Program-made: the position numbers and the translations under genes | DNA from: Lenisia limosa | Taxonomy: Eukaryota > Protista > Breviatea | Assembly: GCA_001655205.1 (NCBI GenBank) | Contig: LPNZ01006074.1 | Coordinates: 1-62,577, forward strand | Length of the DNA: 62,577 nucleotides | Direction: 5' to 3' | The notes under the pieces: model-generated | Databases searched by the model: none | What the model was told of the DNA's origin: nothing | The model's input: only the letters and a program-made list of their open reading frames with translations | In this document: positions 60,551 to 62,577 of the stretch, one piece after another | Numbering within the stretch: the stretch's first letter is position 1 | How the letters are laid out: each line of letters starts with the position of its first letter

Positions 60551-62577
60551 TCATGACCGGTCTCGGTACCTGTGCGGTGAGAACCGAAGGGATGCCAGCT
60601 CAACGCACCTCTCTCTGTGGTCTGAACTGAGCAGCTGGCTGTTGTCTTGAGGTCTGCAAGGACGCCAGGAAGTCTCTTTGGGCCTGTACCACGGCGGAGG
60701 GAGCATTGCGACTGTCGTCTGGGGTGTGAAGGGGGCGATTTGATTCATAGTGGTACGGCGGGAGGAAGACCTTCCATGAACAACTCATTTCACTTTCGGA
60801 GCCTACCATTAGCTATTATAGCGTCACGGAGTAATTCGTTTTTGGCCGCCTGGAGGGCGGACAGTGTGTTTTGACTTCGACTAGGGGGGGGGGGGGNNNN
60901 NNNNNNNNNNNNNNNNNNNNNNNNNNNNNNNNNNNNNNNNNNNNNNNNNNNNNNNNNNNNNNAAGGACATTACAACAACACTCATGAAATAATTACCCAT
61001 GCCCACAGAGCGTTCTCATCACGCGGGGCAGCGCTTCGTTGGTCTTTCATTCGGCGAAGCTGAGCATTGGCGAAGGCATCCTGAATAGTAAGAAAAGGCA
61101 AATAGCAATGGGGGCAATACTGATTATCCGTACCTCTTCTCTCCTGAGTCGGTCCATCCCTTGTCGCAAGTCACTCTAGGAATCAGAACGTGGATTATAA
61201 TACCCTCAGTTTGTATCTTGGATATTACCTACTTCACCTATCCAAATATATTTGATACGGTGTCATATCAATTATTTCACATACAATAGGATATAATAAC
61301 ACTTTTTATCTACCATGCATGTGACTCTGCTGACTAACAGCCCCCAGACCTGCATTTGATGAGCCGCATTGTCTTGCTTCCTGAGTTCCTCCCTGCTCTG
61401 TATCATGGCCTGCATTTGCTCTTCAATCTCAAGTCGAGTGCTGCAACAGTCAAGACAATTAGCAGGAAACTTAGGGGCAAAAAACAGGAACCATGTTAAC
61501 ATACCGCTCCATTCGGATGCTGCGAATGTTCACTTCCTCTTCCAGGTCCTAAACGCATTGAGCTCGTACAACCACAACAATTAGGAAAGAGACACACAAT
61601 GCAGCGCAATTACGCCAACATGACACACTGAAAGAATCAACTCACCTGGGCCCTTTGAAGGGATATCTCACCAGCTCGTCGGATACGCTCGGCTTCCGAC
61701 ATCATTTGGTCCGCCTAAACACTGAGATCGGCAACACAACATTCTTCTTCAATTGGGGTACGAGAACTCCCCGCACCTTGATTCGCTCGTTGACCGCTTC
61801 ATGGTGCAGAAGCGCTGCCTCCTCGCTTTTCCTCTGAACCTCAAGACCAGTTTCCATCAGACGGGATGTTTCACGGCTATGTGAGGGGGGGGGGGTGAGA
61901 ATGAAGAGCACTAGCATGGTGGCAAGGCAAGGAGGAATGAAGAGCACTAGCATGAGGGGAAGGCAAGGAGGAATAAAGCTTGTGTCTCACTTGAACTCCT
62001 GCTTCTCCTGGTTGAAGGCCTCAACGTCCTCCTCCAACTTCCGCAGATCCTTCTCGGCAACTACACCATCAGTCTTGACAATCGAATCAATTCCATTAAC
62101 AAGGTATTGAGTCTTTTCCACGCACCACCCTGCTTTAACACAATACCATCGCGTTTAACGGAGTATCAAAAATACCGCATACCATTATACCCCCACTCCA
62201 GTACCATTTTTCAAGGCCCTCACAGCCTGCTGCTCCTGAGACTGGCGGGATTCAGCCTCGCGTACACGCAAGGTGGCGGCTGCGTGTCTGTCTAATTCCT
62301 CAGCCTGGGGGTTGGGGTGAAAAAGGAAAACAATCCACACAGTAATAGGATGATTTTGATTCTAACTATCACTAAGATCCAGTTAACCCCAGGCCACCTG
62401 TCGTTGTGCGAAACTGGCTTGGTCCGCCACCAGTCTACGCCGCTCTTCATGAAGTTCGGCGGTTAGACGCTCGCGATCCCTTGAATGTTAATGCACTTTT
62501 GTAATGTTGTGCTCAAAGGTTTGTTATGGGTAGAAGGTGAGAGATGTTTGATCTGAGTTTTAAATTGGGCGAAATAG
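60551..62577 (-). CDS. Coiled-coil protein, 5'-partial
   Basis: Successive in-phase exons rich in E/R/Q: DRERLTAELHEERRRLVADQ, AEELDRHAAATLRVREAE, EKDLRKLEEDVEAFNQEKQEFK, ETGLEVQRKSEEAALLHHE, ADQMMSEAERIRR, RLEIEEQMQAMIQSREELRKQ and DAFANAQLRRMKDQR. Probable stop at 60551. Confidence 0.6.
61899..61975. repeat. 36-bp intronic tandem duplication
   Basis: gaatgaagagcactagcatg......aaggcaaggag occurs at 61899 and 61935. Confidence 0.8.

Noticed and set aside
60551-62577. Coiled-coil gene as FBF1 or another ciliary protein
   Set aside because: Only generic coiled-coil composition supports this; no diagnostic motif was recognised.
1-62577. Alternative genetic code or U12-type introns
   Set aside because: Recognised genes end in TAA, TAG and TGA with no conserved in-frame stops. 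RTATCCTT matches fall in exons or intron interiors, not at donors.

Overview
Intron-rich, gene-dense eukaryotic genomic DNA from an unidentified, probably unicellular and possibly flagellated organism. Introns are GT-AG, all three stop codons appear to be used normally, and there are about 20 N-gaps. I assembled about 13 spliced protein-coding loci by eye, so exon boundaries and gene ends are approximate. In order: a bacterial-type DUF4832-like glycoside hydrolase (5'-partial), two hypothetical proteins, a Sel1-repeat protein, beta-ureidopropionase head-to-head with ALG1, a multi-pass Tweety/prominin-like membrane locus with a C2H2 finger, VPS26C/DSCR3, a large FERM plus C-terminal kinesin-14 (KCBP-like) motor, a spermine-synthase-like gene with a large insertion, an EF-hand + C2 + CEP76/CC2D2A-like protein head-to-head with a GH31 alpha-glucosidase, and a 5'-partial coiled-coil protein. 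A frameshifted Penelope-like retroelement RT remnant lies at about 16.8-18.0 kb. The most interesting signals are in the introns. (1) One repeat family ends exactly at the acceptor AG of introns in unrelated genes (Introner-like). (2) Sequence from the Penelope-like element's 3' flank recurs in host introns, once directly next to that family. (3) A second, about 120-bp hairpin-like family sits in sense orientation in introns of three unrelated genes. (4) Short tandem duplications copy splice junctions. No rRNA, tRNA or CRISPR array was found.
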